DNA of 64,000 bases from an uncultured virus (IMG/VR IMGVR_UViG_3300002161_000006) (lineage: Duplodnaviria; Heunggongvirae; Uroviricota; Caudoviricetes), in IMG/VR virus record IMGVR_UViG_3300002161_000006, positions 1-64,000 of that record. One strand, 5' to 3'. A program made the position numbers and the translations under genes. This document shows, in pieces, positions 27,535 through 37,100 of this stretch. Every line of letters starts with the position of its first letter. Position 1 is the stretch's first letter. The notes under the pieces are model-generated. The model did not search any database and was not told the origin of the DNA. It was given only the letters and a program-made list of their open reading frames with translations.

Positions 27535-28665
27535 TCAGGGGTTAAACTTAGTAATGCGGAACTGCACCTGAAGTGGTGTATATCCGCCCGTGGTTGCTCG
27601 ATATTCAATATCGTAATTTGCTTTTGTGCTCTCAAGTTTTATAGTTATCTGCTTTGTTTTTTCACTTGGATAACTAATTCTTGTAATCTTTAAATTATTC
27701 AATAATTCATCTTCTAGATACTCTTCAGTGATTTCCATGGCGGTAATGTCATCGCCTTTCTCACGAAGGTAAATGTAATTTGTGCCCCATAACTTCTTTA
27801 AAAGTTTCATGACGGTGCTATTAGGCTGTATTCTTTTGTCAACATCATCTACACTTGGAGTTTCTACGGGTACTTTAGTTTGATGTGCCTTTAGACCATC
27901 TTCAATTCGCTTAACATCTAGACCAAACGGCAGCATGTATGTCTTATACTCCGGTGACTTTACATCTACCTTTAGGTCCTTTGACAGGGCTGCAGCAATT
28001 CCAATATTTGCAATTGTCTTGCCAAGCATATTCTTTACGGAAATATAGTGTTCTTCACCATCTTCGGTCTTAACAATAATGTCAGCAACAATCTTTCCTA
28101 CATCTTCCATCTTTGTTTCAACAGACCTCTTAGTGCTTCCTGAACGCTTCTTTACCTCAACAATATTTTCAGGAGAGAATTTTGGATCAATTCCTTCAAG
28201 GGCTGTAAATGCTTTTTCTGCAAGTTCATTATATTCTCCATCGATATAATCTTGCATTGCTTTTAACAGGTCACTCTCAAATTTCTCACCTTTGTTTACA
28301 CCTTGACCAAGCATAAACTCATACTGACCATCAGCATATGTGAAGGTGATGCCGGAATATTTTCCAGAGTTTCCAGTATCTTGGTCATTTCTTACATTCT
28401 CAAACCCAAATTTCTTTCCTGACGGGCTCTTCATAATGGCAAAAAGTTGGTCCAACATATCATCTGGGAGTTCTTCTCCCTGCCGAGGCTTCACGCGAAT
28501 TTGGTAGTAGCCTGATGTATCGTAGTATTTTCCACGGTACTTTTCAATTTCATCTACTGGAAATTTGCTTTGCACGAAAGACAACAGAACGCCTGCCATT
28601 TTTATAACAGGGGCTGGGGCTTTTTCTTGTAGAATTTGTGCTAAAAACTGCTTAAATGAAATCAC
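27535..28665 (-). CDS. putative PD-(D/E)XK nuclease-fold protein with capsid-targeting-like N-terminus
   Basis: G.KFE ... ADIIV.......YISVK motif; MISFKQFL..E start. Confidence 0.6.
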   Translation of the reverse strand: MISFKQFLAQILQEKAPAPVIKMAGVLLSFVQSKFPVDEIEKYRGKYYDTSGYYQIRVKPRQGEELPDDMLDQLFAIMKSPSGKKFGFENVRNDQDTGNSGKYSGITFTYADGQYEFMLGQGVNKGEKFESDLLKAMQDYIDGEYNELAEKAFTALEGIDPKFSPENIVEVKKRSGSTKRSVETKMEDVGKIVADIIVKTEDGEEHYISVKNMLGKTIANIGIAAALSKDLKVDVKSPEYKTYMLPFGLDVKRIEDGLKAHQTKVPVETPSVDDVDKRIQPNSTVMKLLKKLWGTNYIYLREKGDDITAMEITEEYLEDELLNNLKITRISYPSEKTKQITIKLESTKANYDIEYRATTGGYTPLQVQFRITKFNP

Positions 28666-28691
28666 GTTATATCACAGTAAAAATGTATTTT

Positions 28692-28699
28692 TATTTATA
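28692..28699 (-). promoter_or_regulatory. T4-type late promoter TATAAATA
   Basis: exact consensus upstream of the 28665 start. Confidence 0.7.
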
Positions 28700-28718
28700 A
28701 TCAGGAGTAGTTTAACCC

Positions 28719-30473
28719 TCAACCGGCTGTATTTTCTGGAAGAGCATTCTTTATCTCATGTAGAAGTATAAGTGCCTTTGAGTTATGCGTAGCAACCGAA
28801 AGAACGTCACGAACTGCCTTCAGATTGGCTTCTTTTCCTGGTGCTTCAGGAATGCCAAATAACCTGAGAAAGCCACCTGGCAACTTATTAAGTATTTCCT
28901 GCTGGGTTGCTTGACCCCGGCGGTGGATATCAAATACTCTACCATTGTTCCAAATTAATCCTGCCTTGGTAAGAGAGTTGGCAACCCCGCTGTATATGCT
29001 TCCAGTATATGATTGGGTGAAGCGCTTTCCGCTTTTGATGTATACCAAAAAATCATCAATCTCTTTTAACACCAGATCATTGTCAAAAAGTGTTTCTACA
29101 GATGTTGCATCTAACTCTGCAACTGATACTCTACCAAAGCGATTGTGCGGAGGATTTTTAAATACGTCTGATATTATTCGCTGCTCATTCATTACGCTCT
29201 TAAGTTTCTTAATTGCGGTAATGGCGCTAGAGTGTTCTGGACCAGCATCAACTCCCAATTTTTCTATGTCAAGCGGTTCGATGTGCTTTTTGTAGTAATT
29301 GGTAATGGCCAAAACAAGTTTCATAAGTTTTGGCTTGAGTTCAGGGTCAATTAGTTTTTGATATGTTTCGGGGGTTTCTTTAAGGGCATTCGCCCACCTG
29401 AAGTGCTCAGTTGAAAAGTGAATTGGCTCCAAAGGAATTTTTAAAATCTTCTTGAAGAATTCAAGTGATTCTCCGATCTCATCAAGTGTGTCCTTCGTTT
29501 CTTCGTCCCTTGCAATTGGATCAACTTCACCTTCTCTAGTGAACTTATGAACGACGCGACAAAGTTTCTTTCCCTTTTTAAGAATAACCTTATTGATAAG
29601 ATCGCTTTCTGGTTTAATCCACTCTGGCTGAGTCTTAGTGGCAACTGAAAAATCAAACAGTACATCATCAGGATCGGCAAGCGTTGAAATAACGAAGCCC
29701 ATAATGTTTGGGCTTTCTACTTTATTATTCTTTTCAGACGAGGAATACCTGTAACCTTTTGTTGCCGCCTTCACCGCCATCTCCAGGTTTTTTGTCCACA
29801 TTGTAGGATTATCCCACTCAAGGTTTGCAACGCGAGTACCTTCGCGAATGCTCTTTAAGAACTTCACTCCTGTTCCCTGCGAAATGCTGGTAAATGATTT
29901 ACCAACCTCGGTCATTGCGGCAACATCAAATAGAACACCGCGGTAAAGACGAATTTTCTTATCTTCCTTGAAATTCAGTGATGAAAGTTCATCTATCGCC
30001 CCCAGCGTCAGGTTCACGTCACGGTTGTAGTTGCTGCGGGCGGCGGCTGTCTGCAGATCATCTAAAACTCCTCGCGTAATATGCTTAGAGGTAGATTGCG
30101 CAAGGTCAAAAAAGACGCTCGTAATGACTGCCTTTGCGGTTGCAAAGTAGTTCTCAATCTTAAACTTTTCTCCGGCACCATCAATCTTCTGGAACCAACT
30201 TTTAATGATAGAAGGAGTAACACTTCTTACGTTTTTCCACTGGAAGGAACTTACCTTATTAACATCGGCGCGGCTCTTAACGTACTCCTGAACATTCCTA
30301 TTGTTGAAGAAGTAAAAGTTAAGAGTTGTGACAAACTCCTCAGGATCTTTAATTTCAAATGGAGAAAAATCACGGTTGAAGAGCGACTTTATCCGAGGAT
30401 CCTTCCTCATTTTATCCCGTAGTTCATCAACAGGAATATTCGCAGCTTCGCTAAGTTGTTGTAGTAGGTTCAT
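28719..30473 (-). CDS. large hypothetical protein, possibly an internal head protein with a degenerate ADP-ribosyltransferase-like segment
   Basis: MNLLQQLSE start; IRLYRG ... WT...A..A pattern. Confidence 0.6.
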   Translation of the reverse strand: MNLLQQLSEAANIPVDELRDKMRKDPRIKSLFNRDFSPFEIKDPEEFVTTLNFYFFNNRNVQEYVKSRADVNKVSSFQWKNVRSVTPSIIKSWFQKIDGAGEKFKIENYFATAKAVITSVFFDLAQSTSKHITRGVLDDLQTAAARSNYNRDVNLTLGAIDELSSLNFKEDKKIRLYRGVLFDVAAMTEVGKSFTSISQGTGVKFLKSIREGTRVANLEWDNPTMWTKNLEMAVKAATKGYRYSSSEKNNKVESPNIMGFVISTLADPDDVLFDFSVATKTQPEWIKPESDLINKVILKKGKKLCRVVHKFTREGEVDPIARDEETKDTLDEIGESLEFFKKILKIPLEPIHFSTEHFRWANALKETPETYQKLIDPELKPKLMKLVLAITNYYKKHIEPLDIEKLGVDAGPEHSSAITAIKKLKSVMNEQRIISDVFKNPPHNRFGRVSVAELDATSVETLFDNDLVLKEIDDFLVYIKSGKRFTQSYTGSIYSGVANSLTKAGLIWNNGRVFDIHRRGQATQQEILNKLPGGFLRLFGIPEAPGKEANLKAVRDVLSVATHNSKALILLHEIKNALPENTAG

Positions 30474-30523
30474 TTTGCAGACGACGCAGGAAACTTTACT
30501 GAATATTTAGTAAAAACCAGTAG

Positions 30524-31000
30524 TTATTCCTTATAAACTGATGCTGAAATGCCGTCCAAGGCTGCCGTCCAGTTTTCAAGAAGGGCTACTTGCCTTTTAT
30601 TTTCAGTAGAAATCTTCTTAAGAGAGTCTGAGAAGAAGAGCGCGTCGTGGAGCAGGTATTGATGAACTGGAGAGATAAAACTTACCATCGAAAGTGACCT
30701 CGAAAACGAAATAACGCTTTCAATAAGTTCATTAGTATTTTTTGAAGGTGGTATTACCGCAAAAACTTCTAAAAGTGATGGGTTGTTTCTAATTACCTCA
30801 GCCCTTGCATCGGCAATCTGCTTCGCCACCGCCTTGTTGTACAGATCATCAGTGTGGCACCGTGAAAAGGAAAACCAAAGAGTTGTTCCATTTTCAATTT
30901 CTTCAAAGCGAAGGCAAAGTCCGCCACGTGGCTGCGTTACCAGTTCAGAGCGCTTGTATTTAAATAGTACTGGGCGAATGTACCTGTAAAATGGCAGCAT
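30524..31000 (-). CDS. hypothetical protein
   Basis: probable start MLPFY immediately after the thyA stop. Confidence 0.7.
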   Translation of the reverse strand: MLPFYRYIRPVLFKYKRSELVTQPRGGLCLRFEEIENGTTLWFSFSRCHTDDLYNKAVAKQIADARAEVIRNNPSLLEVFAVIPPSKNTNELIESVISFSRSLSMVSFISPVHQYLLHDALFFSDSLKKISTENKRQVALLENWTAALDGISASVYKE

Positions 31001-31001
31001 A

Positions 31002-31937
31002 TTATGCAGACATTTTAAAACTAATTGCAGGGTGAGGATCGTAGCCTTCAAGGACGAAGTCTGCCATCTTGAAGGAATCGATATCACCTGAACTGTTGTT
31101 AATTACGAGGTTTGGTAAGGCACGAGGATTACGTTCTAACTGCTCCTCAACACCATTAATATGGTCCTTATAGATGTGAACGTCTCCCATATTAATGATA
31201 AGTTCTGCAGGGGTATAGCCACATACACGTGCAAGCATATGTGTTAGAAGCGCGTACGACGCAATGTTAAATGGTAGCCCCAGCGCAGCATCTACAGAGC
31301 GTTGTGTCATCATACAACTTAGCATCTTGCCCTTTGAGACGTAGAACTGAGCAAACATATGGCAAGGAGGAAGTGCCATTTGATCCAATTCTCCAACATT
31401 AAGGGCGCTAAGAATGATGCGCCGGTCAGTTGGGTTGTTCTTTAGTTTATTAACCACAATGGAGAGTTGATCAACTTCTTCCTCAATAACTTTTGCACCA
31501 TAGTACGCTGTGCCACCTTCTGGAAAGTGTAGAAAATCGTTATACCCGTCGACAGTATGCTTCTTCCATTTTCTCCATTGAACACCGTAAATGCGGCCAA
31601 GGTCTCCAGGAAATTTCGGCTTGTATAAAGACCCTGACGTCCCTTCTGCATTTGGTGACCAGATTGTCTTCTTGTTCTCATCGCGCGTGCCGTGCAAAAT
31701 TTCTGCCAGCCGCCGCTCATCACCACTGCCCTCAATGAACCATAGAAGTTCAGAAAGAATAGACTTGAATGCCATCTTCTTTGTAGTGACTAAAGGGAAA
31801 CCCTGAGTAAGGTCAATGTTCATTGAATGACCAAAACTAGAGAATGTACCTGTGCCAGTGCGGTCAGCCCTTTCCTCTCCTCTGTCTATGAGATGGTACA
31901 GAAGATCTAGATAATCTGCTTCAAAGGTATATGACAT
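31002..31937 (-). CDS. thyA: thymidylate synthase (dUMP)
   Basis: DRTGTGT, FPL.TTK, ELLWF, YG.QWR, MALPPCH, QRS.D..LGLPFNIASY, GD.HIY. Confidence 0.97.
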   Translation of the reverse strand: MSYTFEADYLDLLYHLIDRGEERADRTGTGTFSSFGHSMNIDLTQGFPLVTTKKMAFKSILSELLWFIEGSGDERRLAEILHGTRDENKKTIWSPNAEGTSGSLYKPKFPGDLGRIYGVQWRKWKKHTVDGYNDFLHFPEGGTAYYGAKVIEEEVDQLSIVVNKLKNNPTDRRIILSALNVGELDQMALPPCHMFAQFYVSKGKMLSCMMTQRSVDAALGLPFNIASYALLTHMLARVCGYTPAELIINMGDVHIYKDHINGVEEQLERNPRALPNLVINNSSGDIDSFKMADFVLEGYDPHPAISFKMSA

Positions 31938-31965
31938 TATTTTCTCCTATACTTTACTTATCATT

Positions 31966-32874
31966 CTAGGGCGAAGAATTATTCAGGTCGCTGCTGTCTT
32001 GTACTACCATTTCGTAAAGAGTTTTTACCTTTTTGGGGTCAAGGTTTTTTGCTGAAGTGAATACCGGTTCAATCTTAACGTACAGATCTCCACGCAGGCC
32101 AGGCTTCTTTAGGTCGTGTATCCAGTTGAAGTAGCCCTTGCCCTTTACCTTCAGGCGCTGGTTGATTGAAAATCCCGAAGGCACCCGCACCTGAAGTTTC
32201 TCGCTGTTAAAGTCAGACACAAGGATCCAAGCACCCAAAATAATGTCAAGTGCATCGACCTGCATAGTGGTCTCAATATCGCCTGTCTCAATTACGACAA
32301 CAGCTCGACCATTCATTGTCTCATGGTGCCAACCGCATTCAGATGCCGTTTTAACCCTAAAGTCAGCATCGTGAATTCTTGTAATGATGTTTGCCGAAAG
32401 ATTTTCAGTTACATCAATCTGTGTCCTATACCCGTCAGGAGTTCCTGGTGGTACGTGTATGGTTTTTGAGCCGCCTTCAGGCAGTTGAACATCTATGGAA
32501 AAACCATCCGCTGCCTGCTTTAGTGTAACACCAGCCTGGAACTCCGTTACGTGCTTTACACCATGAAAGGGATTAAATCCTCCAAAGCCAGCCCTCCGCA
32601 TCTGTTCAAACATCTGCTCAATGTCTGGCTGTCCTCGGAAATTTCCTTGCGACCCTTGTGGATCTCCGCCACGGTCAAAGATACTCCGCCTACGGACATC
32701 AGAAAGCGTTTCATACGCCTCTTTTATTTCTTTAAATTTTTCTTCTGCTTCCTTCTTTTCAGCTTCAGCAACCTTATCAGGGTGGTACTTGCTTGCTAGC
32801 CGCTTGTACGCCTTTTTTATTTCCTCATCGGTGGCATTTCGTGCCACACCAAGGATTTCATAGTAATTTTTCAC
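31966..32874 (-). CDS. dnaJ: DnaJ/CbpA-like co-chaperone
   Basis: J-domain YYEILGV..KYHPD..AYE.LSD; C-terminal L...GKG...GDL.V; no Zn finger. Confidence 0.9.
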   Translation of the reverse strand: MKNYYEILGVARNATDEEIKKAYKRLASKYHPDKVAEAEKKEAEEKFKEIKEAYETLSDVRRRSIFDRGGDPQGSQGNFRGQPDIEQMFEQMRRAGFGGFNPFHGVKHVTEFQAGVTLKQAADGFSIDVQLPEGGSKTIHVPPGTPDGYRTQIDVTENLSANIITRIHDADFRVKTASECGWHHETMNGRAVVVIETGDIETTMQVDALDIILGAWILVSDFNSEKLQVRVPSGFSINQRLKVKGKGYFNWIHDLKKPGLRGDLYVKIEPVFTSAKNLDPKKVKTLYEMVVQDSSDLNNSSP

Positions 32875-32882
32875 AGGGAGAC

Positions 32883-34259
32883 TTAAAAGGAAAGAGCCTT
32901 CAGTTCACGACGATACATCTCAACAGCAGTGTCTTTCATAATCTTATCCATCTCATTCTTGAGGTCCTGTAGTTTCTTATTTAGTTCCTCAATTCTGTCA
33001 CGTGTAAGAGACCAGATCTGCATTGAAAGAAGACGATCGTAATCATCAAACTTGTTCTCAAGAAGAATAGCGATAAGGTCCTTCTTTGAGGTATCACGAA
33101 AGACCTTCACGTTTGCGAGGTAGAAGCGGATGAAGCGGATAACCTCGCTTGCATACCGAATTTGCTCAGTAAGATCAGCGATGATGTGCTGCCGGCGCGC
33201 CTCCATCATTTGAACCCGCCACTTCACGAAGATGTCAATAATTTCTTCAGGGCTACCGTAGCGCGTAAGAATGCCCTCAGTTGACCAGCACGTAATGTTC
33301 TCTGTATCCCTGCTTATTAGACCAAACTTCTTGTGAAGTTCTTCAGCATCCATTGCTGTAGTGCTACGAGGAACGCTGATGATGAACTCAAAGCCTTGTT
33401 CAGTTGAACGATCCTCATAGTCCTTGATGATCTCGGCGTCCTCAAGTTTATGCAGCCGCTCCTTGTATTGGTCAAGGTATGTTCCTACCGGAAGTTCAGT
33501 TATCTTGATGGTCGTGCTGTTTACAATCTCCATCTTGCCAGTAATTACCACCTGACCAGTTTCAGAATTGCGCGAAACATCTCCAGAAAACCCGTTGAAC
33601 CAAGGCGTAAGAGTACCAGGCTTTAGTTTCTTTCCAGCAAGAGCAGAAAGACATGCATTGCGAACTTCATCAGGGTTGTAATTCATGATGAAGCAAGCAT
33701 GACCAGTACCCGTGCCCTGAGCACCATTCACGAGCACCATCGGAAGAAGAGGAGCATAGGTCTTTGGTTCAATCTTTTCACCATCAACCTCGTGATGCTC
33801 GAGAATTGCATCATCAGCCTTAGGGAAAAGAGCACGAAACCAAGGAGACAACTTCGTTTCGATGTAGCGATGCGCAGCAGATTCAGCAGTAAGGCGGGAA
33901 CCAAACTGACCTTCTGGGATGAAGAGGTTAAGGTTGTTAGAGCCTGCATAGTTGTTCGCCATTCCAACAATCGTTTGCGCCAGGCTTCCAGTGCCGTGGT
34001 GATAGTCAGTGGCTGCGGCTACCTGAGCAGCCAGGCGCTCAACTTGAATAAGACCCGCATTTTCACCGCGGATAAGCGTGCCGTAGATTGCCTTCCGCTG
34101 AGATGGCTTTAGACCATCAGTTAGCATGGGAATAGATCGCACACCGTCATACAGCGAGAACTCCTTGAATGCAGTGTCGAAAAAGTGACGCATTGGAATG
34201 CGACGGGCGCTCAATTGATACTGATTTGGTGCGGTGCTCTTTTGTGCCATAGTTTTCAT
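32883..34259 (-). CDS. DNA topoisomerase II, GyrA/ParC-like subunit (T4 gp52-like)
   Basis: RSIP...DGLKP.QRK, YHHG, GQFGSR...A.RY (catalytic Tyr), ITELP. Confidence 0.95.
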   Translation of the reverse strand: MKTMAQKSTAPNQYQLSARRIPMRHFFDTAFKEFSLYDGVRSIPMLTDGLKPSQRKAIYGTLIRGENAGLIQVERLAAQVAAATDYHHGTGSLAQTIVGMANNYAGSNNLNLFIPEGQFGSRLTAESAAHRYIETKLSPWFRALFPKADDAILEHHEVDGEKIEPKTYAPLLPMVLVNGAQGTGTGHACFIMNYNPDEVRNACLSALAGKKLKPGTLTPWFNGFSGDVSRNSETGQVVITGKMEIVNSTTIKITELPVGTYLDQYKERLHKLEDAEIIKDYEDRSTEQGFEFIISVPRSTTAMDAEELHKKFGLISRDTENITCWSTEGILTRYGSPEEIIDIFVKWRVQMMEARRQHIIADLTEQIRYASEVIRFIRFYLANVKVFRDTSKKDLIAILLENKFDDYDRLLSMQIWSLTRDRIEELNKKLQDLKNEMDKIMKDTAVEMYRRELKALSF

Positions 34260-34295
34260 GAATAGTTGGTGAATAGTTGGCTGAATGATATTATA

Positions 34296-36257
34296 TCACA
34301 AAGACTCAAGGATGTAATCCTCAAAGTTCTTTGCAGGAGTTTCTAGCCACTTCTTTCGGTCATTTGCACGTTCGGGATTAAATGCTAAGTCAACTGCCTG
34401 CTTGTCTTCCTCTCCCTCACATGTAATTTGGAAGAGGTATTGATCTAGATGTTCCATATATGGAATAAAGTCAGGAGTCTTCGTGGTACCCAAACCCTTG
34501 AAGAATCTATGTGACCAACCCTTCGTAGAAGCGCCTGGCCCATTTGCCCATTCCTTGAACTCGCGCTCTGTGAAGAATTCCAAAACGGTCTTGTCCTTCA
34601 GATATACCTTCACTGTAGGAGTACGGAGGATGTGGACGAAGCCCAGGCGGAAGAGCTCCGGCCAGAAGGTGTCGAACACGTTCATCAGCAGACCGGCGAT
34701 GTGGGCACCGTCGACGTCAGCGTCGGTTGCGAAGGCGACCTTACCGAAGTTGAGCTCGGTGAGGGACTTGACTGGCTCGCCGATCTTCAGGCCGATGAGC
34801 GTCAGGATCTTCTGGATCTCGTTCGGCTCCGTCTTCTTGCCTTCCTTCTCGCGCTCCTTCTTCTTGTCGAGGCCGAGGACCCGACCGATGTCCTTCTCAC
34901 GGACGTTGAGCGGCTTGCCCTTGAGCGGGAAGGTACCAATGTACGGGTTCTTGCCGCGAGCCGCGAAGAGGGACTTGGCAGCGGAGTCACCCTCGGCAAG
35001 GAAGAGAATGCACTTGTGCCGCTGGATGCGCTCTTGAGCATCTGCAAACTTATCAATGCGCCTGAAATTTACCTTGTCAGTTTCTTTATTGACCTTACGA
35101 AGATCGGCAAGGATTGCGGCTTGCTCCTTTGCTTGAACCCAATCAAGAATAGACTTGATGATTTCGGTCTTTACAAGTTTGTTGATGAACTTGTCTGGAA
35201 CTGTCCAAGATGTTTTCCATTCAGAAGAAGGAGAAATCATATTCTCCTTGGTCTGAGATGAGAAGCGCGGACGATTAATGCTCGCGCTAATATAGATCCG
35301 CATATGCCCACGAATATCACCGGGGGATACCTTAACCTTATGCCGCTTTTCGATGTGGGCGCGCAGCGAATCCACAATCTGATTAATTGCGTAGGTAACG
35401 TGGGTGCCACCTTGAAAAGTCTCAACTGAATTTACGAAACTGATCTGCTCAAAACCATCAGACTTCGTAATACCGACTTTCCAGTCGGGCGTTTCGTCAT
35501 ACACGTATTCGGGATCATACAGCGCGATGTAGTCATCAAAACCACGCGTCATGATCCTATCGCCATTGATATAGAACTTAACGCTTGGGTTTGTAGCCGC
35601 AGCATCAACAACCTTCTTGACAATTCGAAGGCGATGATCTTCATCAAGCCCCTTTAACTTGAAGAACTCGTAGTCAGGAGTAAAGGTGATCTTTGTGAAA
35701 TGCTTGTCGTGATCTCTTACCTTCGGTTCAGAGCGCTTGCGCATTCCTTCAGTAAATTCCTGCTTGAACAACTTCTTGCCATCGGCGCTCTCAATCTTGA
35801 AACTGGTTGAAAGCACGTTGGTCAGTGTAGAGCCTACACCGTTAGTGCCAATCAACTGCTGATCTTCTTCATCATTGAAGTTTGAACCAGCACGGAGATT
35901 TGAAAACACGGTTTCGGCAACGTACCTGCCAGTTTGCGGGTGAATTTCTACTGGAATACCACGACCATTATCCAGAACTGAAATTGAACCATCATCAGAG
36001 AGTTCAACCCTGATGCTGTCCATTACATCAGAAGCCCGGCGGCTTTCATCAATGGCATTGTCAAGGATTTCAGAGAAGATCTTAATGAATGCTGGGATAG
36101 TTGTAATTTCCCGCTGCATCATCTTCTTTGAAGCGGTATCATAGACCCACTCAGTGGATGTCTGGAGGGAGGTTGAACCCGCGTACATACCAGTTCTTTT
36201 CCTGATGTGCTCAATTTCATCCAACACCTGGTACGTTTGTGCAATTTGCTTTGACAT
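34296..36257 (-). CDS. DNA topoisomerase II, GyrB/ParE-like subunit (T4 gp39+gp60 fused)
   Basis: EHI..R..MY.GS, EI.DNA.DE, DNGRGIP, G.NG.G, EGDSA, PLKGK.LN, DADVDG, KGLGT. Confidence 0.95.
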   Translation of the reverse strand: MSKQIAQTYQVLDEIEHIRKRTGMYAGSTSLQTSTEWVYDTASKKMMQREITTIPAFIKIFSEILDNAIDESRRASDVMDSIRVELSDDGSISVLDNGRGIPVEIHPQTGRYVAETVFSNLRAGSNFNDEEDQQLIGTNGVGSTLTNVLSTSFKIESADGKKLFKQEFTEGMRKRSEPKVRDHDKHFTKITFTPDYEFFKLKGLDEDHRLRIVKKVVDAAATNPSVKFYINGDRIMTRGFDDYIALYDPEYVYDETPDWKVGITKSDGFEQISFVNSVETFQGGTHVTYAINQIVDSLRAHIEKRHKVKVSPGDIRGHMRIYISASINRPRFSSQTKENMISPSSEWKTSWTVPDKFINKLVKTEIIKSILDWVQAKEQAAILADLRKVNKETDKVNFRRIDKFADAQERIQRHKCILFLAEGDSAAKSLFAARGKNPYIGTFPLKGKPLNVREKDIGRVLGLDKKKEREKEGKKTEPNEIQKILTLIGLKIGEPVKSLTELNFGKVAFATDADVDGAHIAGLLMNVFDTFWPELFRLGFVHILRTPTVKVYLKDKTVLEFFTEREFKEWANGPGASTKGWSHRFFKGLGTTKTPDFIPYMEHLDQYLFQITCEGEEDKQAVDLAFNPERANDRKKWLETPAKNFEDYILESL

Positions 36258-36324
36258 AGTTGTTTCACTTCACTGAAGATAAAGTGATTATATACTGTTT
36301 TTGACCAAAAAGAAATAAAATATT

Positions 36325-36353
36325 TTTCACCTGGTGGTTTTTACCAGGTGAAA
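36325..36353. terminator. hairpin between the kinase and topoisomerase genes
   Basis: tttcacctggt / accaggtgaaa inverted repeat. Confidence 0.5.
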
Positions 36354-36374
36354 TGTAGCAGTTTCTAGCAATAA

Positions 36375-37082
36375 TCAACCCATTCCGGCTGCTACTCTGG
36401 TGTTTCTAAGAGCAATACCTTCTTCAACCATCTTAACTGCCTTGGGAAGATCATCCCCGGGAACTACAAGATCCCAATTGAAAAGATTAATCCACCGGCG
36501 CTCATTACTAGTACAGCTTACTACCCTGCGCTGATGCTCAGTTGCTAGTTGGGAAAGAGTTCTCTTTGCAATTTCTGCACCTGTTTGAAAGAACTCATTG
36601 GTGTATTTTCCCGGTGATGGCTGCAACATATCAACAACATCCCAGGAATTTGCAATGGTTCGATGGAGCAGGCGCTGAAGGCGCTGTTCTTCCACACAAT
36701 GAACGTAGATCTTGAAAATATCCCAACCATTCTGGAAACACTTCTTCATATAGATTTCCAAGCCATTGGGCTCAAGTACAACAACCGGAGGTGTATCTGC
36801 TTCCATCTTCTTTTTCATTTCTACGTGTGTTACACCATAACGCGTCTTATTGAATTCTACAAGTTCAAAAAACAGACCATCGGCTTCTGCTTCCTTCGAC
36901 TGTTGGTTGCTAATAAAGTTGTAATCAATACCTTCTTTTTCATCTCGCCTTGGGTGACGTGTGGTTGTACTGACGATCCTGCCAAATCCCTGCTTTGAAA
37001 CAAGTTCATTCAGCAAGTAACTTTTACCGCTGCAGGTAGGGGCAGTAATGGCTATAAGAGTTGGTTTATTGAACTTTAACAT
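36375..37082 (-). CDS. guanylate-kinase-like nucleoside monophosphate kinase
   Basis: APTCSGKS, STTTR.PR..E..G.DY.F, E...F...YG. Confidence 0.88.
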   Translation of the reverse strand: MLKFNKPTLIAITAPTCSGKSYLLNELVSKQGFGRIVSTTTRHPRRDEKEGIDYNFISNQQSKEAEADGLFFELVEFNKTRYGVTHVEMKKKMEADTPPVVVLEPNGLEIYMKKCFQNGWDIFKIYVHCVEEQRLQRLLHRTIANSWDVVDMLQPSPGKYTNEFFQTGAEIAKRTLSQLATEHQRRVVSCTSNERRWINLFNWDLVVPGDDLPKAVKMVEEGIALRNTRVAAGMG

Positions 37083-37100
37083 ATTAATTATCCCTTCGGC

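Noticed and set aside
31002..31937. Group I intron in thyA
   Set aside because: The ORF is uninterrupted, with only short in-frame insertions
34483..35261. Long plus-strand ORFs (184 and 209 aa) opposite the topoisomerase gene
   Set aside because: Antisense shadows caused by the GC-rich codon patch; no RBS or recognisable motifs
34296..36257. T4 gene 60-type translational bypass, intron or intein
   Set aside because: The reading frame is continuous through EGDSA, DADVDG and KGLG
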